This document shows positions 46,616 through 57,247 of a stretch of 64,000 nucleotides of DNA, piece after piece. The notes beneath the pieces were generated by a model, which ran no database searches, was not told the DNA's origin, and saw only the letters and a program-made list of their open reading frames with translations. The stretch's first letter is position 1, and the number at the start of each line of letters is the position of its first letter. The translations under genes and the position numbers were made by a program. This stretch comes from Caulobacteraceae bacterium (lineage in GTDB: Bacteria; Pseudomonadota; Alphaproteobacteria; Caulobacterales; Caulobacteraceae): the NCBI GenBank assembly GCA_036511715.1, contig DATCBS010000006.1, forward strand, positions 231,277 to 295,276, written 5' to 3'.

Positions 46616-49318
46616 TCAAGCTTCCCCGAGCAGCGCCCTCAATTTGTAGAGGGTCTCCATGGCTTCGCGGGGGCTCATGCTGTCGGGATCCAATGCCGAG
46701 ATCGCAGACTCGACGGGCGTGGGAGCGGGCGGCGGAGCGGGTCCTGAAGTGAAGGAGGCGAACAGAGGGAGTTCCTGCAATCCACTATGGGCATCAGACC
46801 GGCGCTCGAGCCTTTCGAGAACTTCGTGCGCCCGAGCGACGACCGCGGCCGGCACTCCGGCGAGTTTGGCCACTTGCAGTCCATAGGAACGATCAGCGGC
46901 GCCCGGCGCCGCCTCATGAAGGAACACCAGTTCGCCATTCCACTCCTTTGCCTTGAGTGACAGGTTCGAGACATGGGCAAGACGCTGCTCGAGAGCGGCG
47001 AGTTCATGGAAGTGGGTCGCGAAGAGGGTGCGACAACGGTTGCGCTCGTGCAATGTTTCAACGCATGCCCAGGCGATGGCCAGTCCATCGTAGGTGGCCG
47101 TGCCTCGGCCGATCTCGTCGAGGATGACAAAAGAGCGGACCGTCGCTTGGGTGAGAATGGCGGCCGTCTCCACCATCTCGGCCATGAAGGTGGATCTGCC
47201 CCGGGCCAGGTCGTCGGCTGCCCCGACACGGCTGAAGAGCCGATCGACAACCCCAAGGGTCAGGCTCTTGGCGGGAACGTAACAGCCAGCCTGCGCGAGG
47301 ACGCACAACAGGGCGTTCTGACGCAGGAAGGTGGACTTCCCAGCCATGTTGGGCCCTGTCACCAGGGTGAGGCGGGCGGCGGCTTCGCCGGTTCCGTCCA
47401 AAGCGCAATCATTGGCCGTGAACGCCTTGCCCTGTCGGCGCGCCGAGGCCTCCACCACCGCGTGACGAGCGCCTCGCGCGTCGAACGCCAAGGACCGGTC
47501 GAGGATCGGCCGCACCGCTCCGGCCTCCTGCGCCCACTCGGCAAGCGCGGCGGCTACATCGAGCGTCGCCAGAGAGTCGGCGGCGGCATGGATCTGCGCA
47601 GCCAAGCTGGTTGCTTCTTCGCGCCAGGCTTCGAACACCGATAGTTCGATCGCCAGGGCCTGCTCCCCTGCCTGAGCGATCTTCGCGTCGAGTTCGGCCA
47701 ACTCCGGGGTGGTGAAACGCACTTGATTGGCGAGCGTCTGACGGTGGATGAGATTGCCACGCAGGGGATCTCGCAAGAGAGGTTCCGCTTGGCGCACGCT
47801 CGTTTCCACGAAATAGCCGAGCACGGCGTTGTGGCGGATTTTCAGGGCCACGCCGGTCCGAGAGGCGAGTTCGCCCTGGAGAGTTGCAACGACTCGGCGG
47901 CTGTCGTCGCGCAGGCCGCGGGCCTCATCCAGATCGGTGCGAAAGCCCGCTGAAACATAGCCTCCATCCCGCGGCAGCGCCGGGCAGACAGGGACCAGGC
48001 CCGCAATCAACGTGTTCAGGAATTCCGCAAGAGGCGCATGGCGGGACGGGGTAAGCGCGCTCGCCGCCTGGGCGATCTCCAAAGGAGCCGGGCTGAGCGC
48101 CTGCGCGAAATTTTCGATCATGGCGCCGATGGCCGCGCCAGCGACCAGCCCGTCTCTGACGCACTTCAGGTCGCGCGGCCCACCCCGAGCGAGCGCCAGG
48201 CGCGAGAGAGATCTGGCCATGTCGCCCCCCGTCTTGAGGGTCGTCCGGATCTTCTCGCGCAGCCCGCCTCGTTCGATGAGCCATTCGATGCTGTCGAGCC
48301 GGGCATTGATCGACGCAGGCGAGGTGAGTGGCCGCATCAAGCGCGAAGCCAGGAGCCGGGCGCCCGATGCGGTCACGGTGCGATCGATTGCCGAGAGCAG
48401 CGCACCTTCGCGGGTTCCAGAGAGGGTGCGCTCGATCTCGAGGTTCGCGCGAGTGGCCGGATCAATGCTCATGATTTCGGCTTCCCCGGCACGCCGGGGT
48501 GGGCGTAGGGCCGGAAGGCGTCCGGCCTGGGTGTTTTCGAGGTGAGCCGCAAGAAGCCCGAGGGCAGCGACCTCCGCCCCCGTGAAAGCGCCAAATGAGT
48601 CTAAGGCCTCAACGCCAAAGAGGCGCTTGAGACGCGCCTCGGCAACCGACGGCTCCGCCAGCGGCGCGGGAAGGACTTCGATCGGCACGCCGATTCCGGC
48701 AAGCGCCACCGCGATTCCCGGGTCGGCCAGCATGCGGTCGGTGGCCAATATTTCAGATGGCTGAAGAGACGTCAGCGCGGCTGCCAAATCTCCCGGGCCA
48801 ACCTCAAGGCAGTCAACCTCGCCGGTGGAGAGTTCCACGCTCGCGACCGCTCCGCGGCCGGCGTGGATAGCGAGCGCGGCCAGTCGATTGGCCCCCTTCG
48901 CCTCGAGCAGCGTCTCCTCAGTGAGGGTGCCCGGGGTGACGACCCGAACCACTTCGCGGCGCACGATCGCTTTGTAGCCGCGTTTTCGCGCCTCGGCGGG
49001 TGTCTCCATCTGTTCGCAAACGGCCACCTTGAAGCCGGCGCGGATCAGTTTCGCGACATAGGTGTCGGCGGCGTGCACGGGTACGCCAGCCATGGGAATC
49101 GGCTCGCCATCGTGCACGCCACGGTGGGTCAGGGCGATCCCGAGCGCCGCAGCCGCCGCGCGGGCGTCCTCGAAGAAAAGCTCGTAGAAGTCTCCCATTC
49201 GAAAGAGAACCAAGGCATGCGGCTGTCGGGCCTTGGCCGCGAAATACTGGGCCATGACTGGGGAGGCCGCAGCTTCGGAAGACGTTTCCCGGCGACTCGG
49301 AGCGAGACGGAGATTCAT
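46616..49318 (-). CDS. mutS: DNA mismatch repair protein MutS
   Basis: FRMGDFYELF, TGPNMAGKST, DEIGRGT, ATHFHEL, C-terminal ELPLF clamp motif. Confidence 0.98.
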   Translation of the reverse strand: MNLRLAPSRRETSSEAAASPVMAQYFAAKARQPHALVLFRMGDFYELFFEDARAAAAALGIALTHRGVHDGEPIPMAGVPVHAADTYVAKLIRAGFKVAVCEQMETPAEARKRGYKAIVRREVVRVVTPGTLTEETLLEAKGANRLAALAIHAGRGAVASVELSTGEVDCLEVGPGDLAAALTSLQPSEILATDRMLADPGIAVALAGIGVPIEVLPAPLAEPSVAEARLKRLFGVEALDSFGAFTGAEVAALGLLAAHLENTQAGRLPALRPPRRAGEAEIMSIDPATRANLEIERTLSGTREGALLSAIDRTVTASGARLLASRLMRPLTSPASINARLDSIEWLIERGGLREKIRTTLKTGGDMARSLSRLALARGGPRDLKCVRDGLVAGAAIGAMIENFAQALSPAPLEIAQAASALTPSRHAPLAEFLNTLIAGLVPVCPALPRDGGYVSAGFRTDLDEARGLRDDSRRVVATLQGELASRTGVALKIRHNAVLGYFVETSVRQAEPLLRDPLRGNLIHRQTLANQVRFTTPELAELDAKIAQAGEQALAIELSVFEAWREEATSLAAQIHAAADSLATLDVAAALAEWAQEAGAVRPILDRSLAFDARGARHAVVEASARRQGKAFTANDCALDGTGEAAARLTLVTGPNMAGKSTFLRQNALLCVLAQAGCYVPAKSLTLGVVDRLFSRVGAADDLARGRSTFMAEMVETAAILTQATVRSFVILDEIGRGTATYDGLAIAWACVETLHERNRCRTLFATHFHELAALEQRLAHVSNLSLKAKEWNGELVFLHEAAPGAADRSYGLQVAKLAGVPAAVVARAHEVLERLERRSDAHSGLQELPLFASFTSGPAPPPAPTPVESAISALDPDSMSPREAMETLYKLRALLGEA

Positions 49319-49393
49319 TGCCCAAGGCTATAGCCGTGGCGCCTTTTCGTCAGCCCTTGACGTCTGGAAGCGGCCCGCCAAGGTGCTCATACC

Positions 49394-49927
49394 ATGCAGC
49401 GGCTAGCTGACGCCGTAATCCTTCCCGCCGGCCCGGCGGACGCTTTGCCTTTGGCGAGGGTCCACGTCACGGCTTGGCGGGAAACCTATTCCGGACTTTT
49501 GCCGAAGGCCTATCTCGAAGGGATGAGCGTTGCGTTGCACGCGGCGCGATGGAGGCGCCAGTTGACGCGGCCGCGGCAGGAGGAGGTTGCGATGGTCGCG
49601 GAGGGACGTGGCGGCGTGGTTGGTTACTGCTCGGGCGCGATCAAAGGATCGGGCGGTGCGTCAGCCGAAGTCTTTACGCTCTATTTGACACGGCCAGCTC
49701 AGGGTCGTGGGCTTGGAAGAGGCCTCCTGACTTCCACTGCGAGGGTGTTGGCCGCACGGGGCGCGGCGTCGTTGGAACTGTGGGTGTTGAACGGTAACGT
49801 CCGAGCGTTCGAATTCTATCGAAAGCTCGGCGGTAGAGTCGTGGATCAAAGGGCGGTCCGCGGTTGGGGGGGCGCCCTGCTTGAAACCCGCTGCCGCTGG
49901 GCGGATATCTCAATTCTCCTGGATTAG
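49394..49927 (+). CDS. GNAT acetyltransferase
   Basis: ARVHV.AWRETY.G, QGRGLG, LWVL.GN..A..FY.KLGG. Confidence 0.88.
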   Translation: MQRLADAVILPAGPADALPLARVHVTAWRETYSGLLPKAYLEGMSVALHAARWRRQLTRPRQEEVAMVAEGRGGVVGYCSGAIKGSGGASAEVFTLYLTRPAQGRGLGRGLLTSTARVLAARGAASLELWVLNGNVRAFEFYRKLGGRVVDQRAVRGWGGALLETRCRWADISILLD

Positions 49928-51099
49928 TGACCGGGAGGCCCTCCGGGCCGCTCTTCAACGCCGGTTATGCCGTCCCAGAAGGTCCTCGCCTTTTGGAAGA
50001 AGCTCGCCGACCTGGGGTTCTGTTGCTCGCCGCAAAGTCCGGCGAAGTCGCGCAACAGAGCCTTCTGCTCGGCGGTGAGCTTGGTCGGTGTCTCGATAAA
50101 CAGCTCGACCACGAGATCTCCTCTTTCTCGGGAGCGAAGTGAAGGCATCCCTCGGCCGCGCAAACGAACTGTGCGGCCACTCTGCGCGCCCTCGGGAACC
50201 TTGACCCTGATCTTGCACTCGCCGTCACAATTCTCCCCGCCGAGCAGGCAGGGGGCTTCGATCTCCCCGCCGAGCGCCGCGGTCGCCATCGGCACAGGCA
50301 CCGAGCACAGGAGATCCAGCCCGTCTCGCTCGAACAGATCGTGAGGCCTCACAGAAAGAAATATATAGAGGTCGCCCCGCGGGCCGCCCCTGGCTCCGGC
50401 ATCTCCCTCTCCTGCCAAGCGAATCCTGGCGCCGTCATCGACGCCGGCGGGAATGCGCACCTGGAGCGTGCGTTCGCGCCGCACCTTTCCGTGGCCGCCA
50501 CAACCGCCGCACGGATCCAGGATGAGGCGGCCGGCTCCGCCGCACCTTGGGCAGGCGCTTTCGACCGAAAAGAAGCCCTGACTGCGGCGAACCCGCCCCC
50601 CCCCGCCACACGAGCCGCAAGTCGTGGGGCTGGATCCCGGTCGAGCTCCCGATCCGTCGCAGGTGTCGCAATCCACCGCGACCGGCCCTCGAACCTCGAC
50701 TTCCGCGCCGGCGTAGGCTTGTTCGAGCATGATCTCGAGGTCGTACCTGAGATCCTGGCCTCGGGCCGGACCGTTCGGCCTTTGGCCGCGGCCGAACATA
50801 TCTCCGAATACGTCTCCGAACACGTCGTTGAAGATGTCGTGCACGTCGGCGAAGCCGGCGCCTGACGCGCCATTCATGCCCTGGAGGCCCGCGTGGCCGA
50901 ACCGGTCATAGGCCGCGCGTTTTCTCGGATCGGAAAGTACCGAATACGCCTCGTTGATTTGCTTGAAGCGACCCGTGGCTTCCTCGCAGCCGCCGTTTCG
51001 ATCGGGATGGTGTTCCATCGCCAAGGCCCGGAAGGCGGCTTTGAGGCGCCCGTCGTCGCAACCGCGCGGGACACCGAGGATTTCGTAATAGTCGCCCAT
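49924..51099 (-). CDS. dnaJ: Chaperone DnaJ
   Basis: DYYEILG, HPD, G/F region, four CxxCxGxG repeats. Confidence 0.97.
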   Translation of the reverse strand: MGDYYEILGVPRGCDDGRLKAAFRALAMEHHPDRNGGCEEATGRFKQINEAYSVLSDPRKRAAYDRFGHAGLQGMNGASGAGFADVHDIFNDVFGDVFGDMFGRGQRPNGPARGQDLRYDLEIMLEQAYAGAEVEVRGPVAVDCDTCDGSGARPGSSPTTCGSCGGGGRVRRSQGFFSVESACPRCGGAGRLILDPCGGCGGHGKVRRERTLQVRIPAGVDDGARIRLAGEGDAGARGGPRGDLYIFLSVRPHDLFERDGLDLLCSVPVPMATAALGGEIEAPCLLGGENCDGECKIRVKVPEGAQSGRTVRLRGRGMPSLRSRERGDLVVELFIETPTKLTAEQKALLRDFAGLCGEQQNPRSASFFQKARTFWDGITGVEERPGGPPGH

Positions 51100-51263
51100 C
51101 TTCGAGGTTACGGCGGATCCCTTAAGTGCGGTCAAGCTGAAGTGGGACGGACCGCGACCTGTCGCAAGGGCGAGCGGTGGACCTTGGCCCAATTCGGAGG
51201 CGGCGACGCCCCCAAGGAACAGACTTACGTCGATTCCGAGGGGCCGCCTCCTGGGTCAAAGCG

Positions 51264-53171
51264 TCACGCGGACTTCTTGTCGTCCCCCACTTCCTCGAAT
51301 TCTGCGTCCACCACGCCGTCGTCCGCAGCGGCGGAGCCGGTCGAGGCCTCGGATTCACCCGCCGTCTGTTGCGCTTGATACATGGCTTCGCCGAGCTTCA
51401 TCGAGGCCTGCATCAGGCTTTGGGTCTTCCCCTGGATCGCTTCGGCGTCGCCAGCCTCGAGTTCCGATTTCAACTCACTGATCGCGGTCTCGATTGCCGC
51501 CTTCTCGGGCGCTCCGAGCTTGTCCGCATGTTCGGCCATGGCCTTCTCGGTAGTGTGAATCAGCGAGTCTGCGTGATTCTTGGCCTCCACCAGTTCTTTG
51601 CGCTTCTTATCCTCCGCCGCATTGGACTCGGCTTCCTTGACCATCGTCTCAATGTCGGCGTCAGAAAGGCCGCCATTGGCTTGAATGCGAATCGACTGTT
51701 CCTTGGCGGTGGCCTTGTCGCGCGCCGAAACGTTGACGATTCCATTTGCGTCGATGTCGAAAGTCACCTCGACCTGGGGCACCCCACGTGGGGCGGGGGG
51801 GATTCCGACCAGATCGAACTGGCCCAGCAGCTTGTTGTCGCCGGCCATCGGCCTTTCACCCTGAAAGACCCGAATCGTCACTGCGTTCTGGTTGTCGTCG
51901 GCGGTTGAGAACACCTGGCTCTTCTTGGTCGGAATGGTGGTGTTGCGCTCTATGAGCGAGGTGAACACCCCCCCGAGCGTCTCGATCCCGAGAGTGAGAG
52001 GCGTGACGTCCAGAAGGAGCACGTCCTTGACGTCGCCTTGGAGCACGCCGGCCTGGATGGCGGCGCCCAGGGCCACGACTTCATCGGGGTTGACGCCCTT
52101 GTGCGGTTCGCGGCCGAAGAACTCCTTCACCGTCTCGACCACCTTGGGCATGCGGGTCATCCCGCCCACCAGGATCACTTCGTCGATGTCGGTCTTCTTC
52201 AGGCCGGCGTCCTTGAGCGCCCGTTCACACGGCCCGACGGTCTTGGTGATCAGATCTTCGACCAGAGCCTCGAGCTTCGCCCGGGAGAGCTTGATGTTGA
52301 GATGCAGCGGTCCCGAGGCGTTCATCGAGATGAAGGGCAGGTTCACTTCGTATTGCGCGGTCGAGGAGAGTTCCTTCTTGGCTTTCTCCGCCTCTTCCTT
52401 GAGGCGCTGAAGGGCGAGCTTGTCCTTCCGCAGATCGACGCTCTGCTCCTTCTTGAATTCGTCGGCGAGGTAGTCGACGATTCGCAGATCGAAGTCCTCC
52501 CCGCCCAGGAACGTGTCGCCGTTGGTCGCCTTCACTTCGAAGACGCCATCGCCGATCTCCAGGATCGAGACATCGAAGGTGCCGCCGCCCAGGTCGTAGA
52601 CCGCGATTTTCTTGCCTTCGTTTTTTTCCAGCCCGTAGGCCAGAGCCGCCGCCGTGGGTTCGTTGATGATCCTCAGAACCTCGAGGCCGGCGATCTTTCC
52701 GGCATCCTTGGTTGCTTGGCGCTGGGCGTCGTTGAAGTAGGCCGGAACCGTGATGACCGCCTTTTCCACCTTTTCGCCAAGGTGGGTTTCGGCGGCCTCC
52801 TTCATCTTCTGCAGGATGAAGGCCGAGATCTGCTGGGGCGAATAGTCCTTGCCGTGGGCGCGCACCCAGGCGTCGCCGGTCGGCCCTTTGACAATCTGGT
52901 AGGGGACCATGCCCTTGTCCTTCTCCACCATTGGATCGGCGAAGTTGCGGCCTATCAGGCGCTTGATGGCGAAAAGGGTGTTTTCCGGGTTGGTGACGGC
53001 CTGGCGCTTGGCGGGCTGGCCGACAAGGCGCTCACCGTCGTCGATGATGGCCACTACCGATGGCGTCGTGCGTACGCCCTCGGCGTTCTCGATCACCTTG
53101 GGCGCCTTGCCATCCATAATTGCGACGCAGGAGTTGGTAGTTCCAAGGTCGATTCCGATTATCTTGCTCAT
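51264..53171 (-). CDS. dnaK: Chaperone DnaK
   Basis: [33 protein letters not shown]. Confidence 0.99.
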   Translation of the reverse strand: MSKIIGIDLGTTNSCVAIMDGKAPKVIENAEGVRTTPSVVAIIDDGERLVGQPAKRQAVTNPENTLFAIKRLIGRNFADPMVEKDKGMVPYQIVKGPTGDAWVRAHGKDYSPQQISAFILQKMKEAAETHLGEKVEKAVITVPAYFNDAQRQATKDAGKIAGLEVLRIINEPTAAALAYGLEKNEGKKIAVYDLGGGTFDVSILEIGDGVFEVKATNGDTFLGGEDFDLRIVDYLADEFKKEQSVDLRKDKLALQRLKEEAEKAKKELSSTAQYEVNLPFISMNASGPLHLNIKLSRAKLEALVEDLITKTVGPCERALKDAGLKKTDIDEVILVGGMTRMPKVVETVKEFFGREPHKGVNPDEVVALGAAIQAGVLQGDVKDVLLLDVTPLTLGIETLGGVFTSLIERNTTIPTKKSQVFSTADDNQNAVTIRVFQGERPMAGDNKLLGQFDLVGIPPAPRGVPQVEVTFDIDANGIVNVSARDKATAKEQSIRIQANGGLSDADIETMVKEAESNAAEDKKRKELVEAKNHADSLIHTTEKAMAEHADKLGAPEKAAIETAISELKSELEAGDAEAIQGKTQSLMQASMKLGEAMYQAQQTAGESEASTGSAAADDGVVDAEFEEVGDDKKSA

Positions 53172-53356
53172 GGATCTCTTACTTTCGCTTCCCTTTGTCG
53201 GACGATCGCAAGATGGCGTTACAGCTAGCCACCGGCCCGGCGTTGCGATCGTCTCCGGTCCGAACGGGTCCTAGGGCCCGGCGCTATCGTGATGGTCGAC
53301 AGCGCCGAAACCCTATCGAGCGGGTCCTCGGGGATGAAGCGCCGCTCCGAGCTTCG

Positions 53357-53384
53357 ATATGGGCGTTGGCGACGTTCTCGCAAG
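53357..53384 (-). promoter_or_regulatory. RpoH (sigma32) promoter of dnaKJ
   Basis: Minus strand CTTG-N17-CCCATAT matches the alphaproteobacterial heat-shock consensus. Confidence 0.75.
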
Positions 53385-53433
53385 GGCGACGCGGAGCGGC
53401 GGCGCGCTTCCCTGGGTTAGGCGAGCGCAAATC

Positions 53434-54090
53434 ATGATCTCTGAAGGTTTCCGCGTTTTCCGCGGCTTTCTCGACGAGAAAGGCCAGCGCGCCCTGGTTG
53501 GTGAGGTGAATGCATGTGCGGCGAACGCGCCGTTCTATCGCCCGTTTACACCGTGGGGAAAACCGATGAGTGTCGAGATGACCAATCTGGGCCAGCTGGG
53601 CTGGGTCCCGCGGTCGACGGGCTATGGCTATCAGCCCAACCACCCGCTCACAGGCGCGCCGTGGCCGCCGATACCCGGCATTCTGTTGGCGCTCTGGGCG
53701 CAGCTGGCGGATGCGGCGACGCCGCCGGACGCATGTCTGGTCAATCTCTATCGGGCCGGCGCGCGGATGGGTTTGCATCAGGATCGCGACGAAGCCGACT
53801 TCTCGATCCCGGTTCTGTCGGTCTCGCTCGGCGACACCGCTTCGTTCCGCATCGGCGGATGTGCAAGAGCCGATCCCACTTGTTCCTTGCCGCTCGCCTC
53901 GGGCGATGTGTGCGTGCTTGCCGGCAAGGCGAGACTGGCCTTCCACGGTATAGATCGCATCCATGCGCTATCGTCCGACCTGATACCTGGGGGAGGCCGG
54001 CTGAACCTCACCCTTCGTCGGGCCTCGCCGCGGATTGCTGAGTTTACCGGCGAGAGCGAGGATTCACCGCACGGAGGCCTGCAATGTTGA
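53434..54090 (+). CDS. alkB: Alpha-ketoglutarate-dependent dioxygenase AlkB
   Basis: MSVEMTNLG.LGW, PDACLVNLY, MGLHQD.DE, FHG, RLNLTLR. Confidence 0.93.
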   Translation: MISEGFRVFRGFLDEKGQRALVGEVNACAANAPFYRPFTPWGKPMSVEMTNLGQLGWVPRSTGYGYQPNHPLTGAPWPPIPGILLALWAQLADAATPPDACLVNLYRAGARMGLHQDRDEADFSIPVLSVSLGDTASFRIGGCARADPTCSLPLASGDVCVLAGKARLAFHGIDRIHALSSDLIPGGGRLNLTLRRASPRIAEFTGESEDSPHGGLQC

Positions 54091-54977
54091 CCCTGACCCG
54101 CCCCGAAGGGGCGCCCGCGACAGATTTTGCGCTTACTCGCCGTGGGATCGCGGCCGCCTTCTTTACGGGTTACGCAGCGGCCGCCCTTTCGGCGGCTGCT
54201 GAACCCATTCACACCGACGAAGCGGGGCTCCTTGTCCAGACCGTCGCCATCGCCTCGGCGGAAGTCGCCCTGCCGGCGTACCTCGCCCGGCCCGATGCCC
54301 GCGGGCGTTTCCCAACGGTTGTCGTCGCTTCGGAAGTGTTCGGCCTCCACGAATATATCAGGGATGTCTGCCGCCGCCTCGCCAAGCTCGGATATGTCGC
54401 CATAGCGCCAGCATTCTTCGTCCGGGTTGGCGACCCGGCGCCGCTGACCGATCTTGCCGCGGTGATCAAGATCGTCGCCCAAGCCTCCGATCAGCAGGTC
54501 TTGGGAGACATCGGCGCGACCCTCGACTTTCTCAGGAAACAGCCATTTGTCGATCGCAATCGCTTGGCGATCACCGGCTTCTGCTGGGGCGGCGGGACCA
54601 CCTGGCTGGCCTGCGAGGCGTTCCCCGCCTTCAGGGCCGGGGTGGCGTGGTATGGACGCATGGTCCCCCCGCCTGGCCCGGCCGCGGATGCCAATAGGCT
54701 TTGGCCAGTCGACGGCGTCGCCCGGCTGCGGACTCCGGTCTTGGGCCTCTATGGCGGCAGGGACCCGCTCTCAGCGTCGATCCCCGCCATGCGGGCCGCA
54801 TTGGCAACAGCCCATAGGGTCGGGAGCGAGATCGTTGTCTATCCGGACGCCGGCCATGGGTTCCATGCCGACTACCGTTCCAGTTACAACCTCGTCGACG
54901 CGATGGACGGTTGGCGGCGAATGCTCGAATTCTTCGCGAGAAACGGAGTGGGCCCCAAACCTTACAAGCCGGGATAG
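54084..54977 (+). CDS. Dienelactone hydrolase family protein
   Basis: EVFGLHEYIRDVCRRLA, GFCWGG nucleophile, AGHGFHADYR; Tat-like TRRG N-terminus. Confidence 0.92.
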   Translation: MLTLTRPEGAPATDFALTRRGIAAAFFTGYAAAALSAAAEPIHTDEAGLLVQTVAIASAEVALPAYLARPDARGRFPTVVVASEVFGLHEYIRDVCRRLAKLGYVAIAPAFFVRVGDPAPLTDLAAVIKIVAQASDQQVLGDIGATLDFLRKQPFVDRNRLAITGFCWGGGTTWLACEAFPAFRAGVAWYGRMVPPPGPAADANRLWPVDGVARLRTPVLGLYGGRDPLSASIPAMRAALATAHRVGSEIVVYPDAGHGFHADYRSSYNLVDAMDGWRRMLEFFARNGVGPKPYKPG

Positions 54978-54993
54978 GCCGACGGTCGCTGGT

Positions 54994-56415
54994 TCAGCCC
55001 CGCAGCTTTCGGTCGAGAGTCTCGAGATCGCGTGCGAGCTGGGGATCGGCGTTGCGTAGTTCCTCGATCCGGCGGACGGCGTGCAGAACCGTGGTGTGAT
55101 CGCGACCGCCGAAGCGTCTGCCGATGTCCGGCAGCGAGCGGGTCGTGAGGTGCTTGGCCAACCACATCGCCGCCTGCCTGGGACGAGCGATCGCGCGCGT
55201 TCGACATTCCGAAACCAGATCCTCCCTCTTCAAACCGAAATGCTCGGCGGTCGCCCTCTGAATCTCGTCGACCGTGATCCGCCGCTCTCCGCCACGAAGG
55301 TGCGGACGCAGAAGACATTGGACCTCCTCCAGCGTCAGGCCGGCAAGCCCTGGTCCGGCGCGCACGATGAGGGTGTTGAGCGCCCCCTCGAGCTCTCGGA
55401 CGCTGTCGGTGAAACGGTCCGCAAGAAAATGCGCCACCTCCGATCGCAACGCCCCCTCGAAGCCCTGCTGTCGGCACAGCACGCGAAGCCTGCGCTCCAG
55501 GATTCCCAGCCTCAAGGACCGATCGGCGGGCTCTATTCCGCAAACCAGGCCCGATGAGAGATGGGAGCGCAGGCGCGCGTCGAGTTCGTTCAGGGCGGAG
55601 GGCGGACGGTCGGCCGAAAAGACGACCCGCCGGCCGTCCTCCATCAAGGCTGCGAGGGTGTGGAAGAGTTCTTCCTGGGATGACTGCTTGCCGCCGATGA
55701 AATGGACATCGTCGATGAGGAGCAAGTCCGCGGAACGCAATTCCTCCTTGAACGCCGCCGCCTGCCTCTCCATGAGCGCACGGATAAAACTCGAGAGAAA
55801 GCGTTCGGCGGTGAGATACACGACTCGGCGATGGGGCGCGGCCTTCATGGCGTCCCAGGCCAAGGCGTTCAGCAGATGCGTCTTGCCAAATCCGTATGGG
55901 CCGTGGAAGACCACAGGATTGAAGTGCCCGTCCGCCCAAGACGCCACACGCCGCGCGACGGCGCTGGCGAACTCGTTGGTTGGCCCCACGACAAAAGTGT
56001 CGAAGGTGAAACGTTCCTGAAGGGCGCAGCCGGTGGCTGGCCGCGCGCCAGACACATTGGCGGGTGTAGACGCGACGCAAGGCGCGACCGGAAGTCTCGG
56101 CCCCGCAACTTCGCCGCCATTTGCCTCGAATTCCACCTTGGACTTCAGACTGAGCGAGCGGCCCTCCGGGTCGTTCGCGGCCCAGAGTTCGCCGATGCGA
56201 CGCCAGGCGTGGCGGCGGATCCAGTCACGAGCGATTCCGGTGGGAGTAACGAGGCACAAGCCTCCGCCGCTCTCTGCTCTCAAGGCCGCCTGCGAGAGCC
56301 ACGACCCAAAGGTATCCTCTCCAAGTTCGGATTTCAGCACGTAGCTCGCCTTGGTCCACACCATCCCCACCGGTGTCGGCGCCACCGCGGGCGCTCCATC
56401 TGTCGATTGCCCCAT
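54994..56415 (-). CDS. dnaA: Chromosomal replication initiator DnaA
   Basis: FTFDTFV, GPYGFGKTH, LLIDDVHF, RELEGAL, GGRDHTTVLHA. Confidence 0.98.
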   Translation of the reverse strand: MGQSTDGAPAVAPTPVGMVWTKASYVLKSELGEDTFGSWLSQAALRAESGGGLCLVTPTGIARDWIRRHAWRRIGELWAANDPEGRSLSLKSKVEFEANGGEVAGPRLPVAPCVASTPANVSGARPATGCALQERFTFDTFVVGPTNEFASAVARRVASWADGHFNPVVFHGPYGFGKTHLLNALAWDAMKAAPHRRVVYLTAERFLSSFIRALMERQAAAFKEELRSADLLLIDDVHFIGGKQSSQEELFHTLAALMEDGRRVVFSADRPPSALNELDARLRSHLSSGLVCGIEPADRSLRLGILERRLRVLCRQQGFEGALRSEVAHFLADRFTDSVRELEGALNTLIVRAGPGLAGLTLEEVQCLLRPHLRGGERRITVDEIQRATAEHFGLKREDLVSECRTRAIARPRQAAMWLAKHLTTRSLPDIGRRFGGRDHTTVLHAVRRIEELRNADPQLARDLETLDRKLRG

Positions 56416-56808
56416 TTTCGACGTCTCTTCCCGTGATCAGAAGGCGAACGGCCCCTAAGCAGATCAGCGCCGCTCGAACGAAAAACAACAGACACAAAGG
56501 CTCGTTCGACGAAGACAAGGCGTCCCGCCGGTTCGTTTTCGTCCGTACAAGATCGAAAGCGTCGAGGCCGCCGAGACTAGTCGCGCACCCCTCCCCGTCA
56601 ACGCTGATTATGGTGCTCGAGAGGCGATAATTCGGTTGACAAGGCGGCGCCCCCGGACCGCAAAGGAATTCCCGCCAGAAGCTCATTTGACCTGAGTAAA
56701 TAGGTCGCACGCGGCGCACCCAATGCGCGCCGAGAGGCTTCACGAGTGACGAAATTGTAGGAAAAAGGCGGTATATTCCGACTACTTAGCGCCGACCAAA
56801 TGAGAAAA

Positions 56809-57078
56809 TCAGGCGGCGGCGAGCTTCTTCAATTGGGCGTGCAGGCGCGAGACTTTCCTCGATCCGGTATTGCGGTGCAATACGCCCTTTCCCACTGCGC
56901 GCATGAGTTCCGACTGGGCTTCAGTGAATGCCGCCTTCGCGACGGCGGCATCGCCCGCGGCGAGCGCCTCTTCGAACTTCCTAAGATAGGTCCGAACCCG
57001 CGAGCGTCGCGACCTGTTGACTTCCGTGCGGTGGGCGATCTTGCGGATCGACTTCCTGGCGCCGGGATTGTTGGCCAT
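56809..57078 (-). CDS. rpsT: 30S ribosomal protein S20
   Basis: [34 protein letters not shown]. Confidence 0.97.
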   Translation of the reverse strand: MANNPGARKSIRKIAHRTEVNRSRRSRVRTYLRKFEEALAAGDAAVAKAAFTEAQSELMRAVGKGVLHRNTGSRKVSRLHAQLKKLAAA

Positions 57079-57146
57079 GGTTGAAAGACCTCAGGGCGGG
57101 CGTGGACGCTCCGAAGCCGGGGCGCCGTGAAACGGGGGAGCGGCGG

Positions 57147-57174
57147 ATATATGCGACGCCCGCCAGGGGGTCAA
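57147..57174 (-). promoter_or_regulatory. Putative sigma70-type promoter of rpsT
   Basis: Minus strand TTGACC...CATATAT with canonical spacing. Confidence 0.6.
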
Positions 57175-57247
57175 CGCGCGCGGCGGCTGCGCAAGGCAAC
57201 GCCCAGGCGAGATCAATCGAGCCGCGAGCGGCGATCGGAAGCCAAGG

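Noticed and set aside
52038-53228. 396-aa ORF antisense to dnaK
   Set aside because: Well-known shadow ORF arising from dnaK codon bias; no independent motifs.
53359-53433. Long N-terminal extension of AlkB
   Set aside because: Overlaps the dnaK RpoH promoter; ATG 53434 fits the family length better.
56416-56808. oriC between dnaA and rpsT
   Set aside because: No cluster of DnaA boxes or AT-rich unwinding element seen; Caulobacter-type origins lie near hemE.
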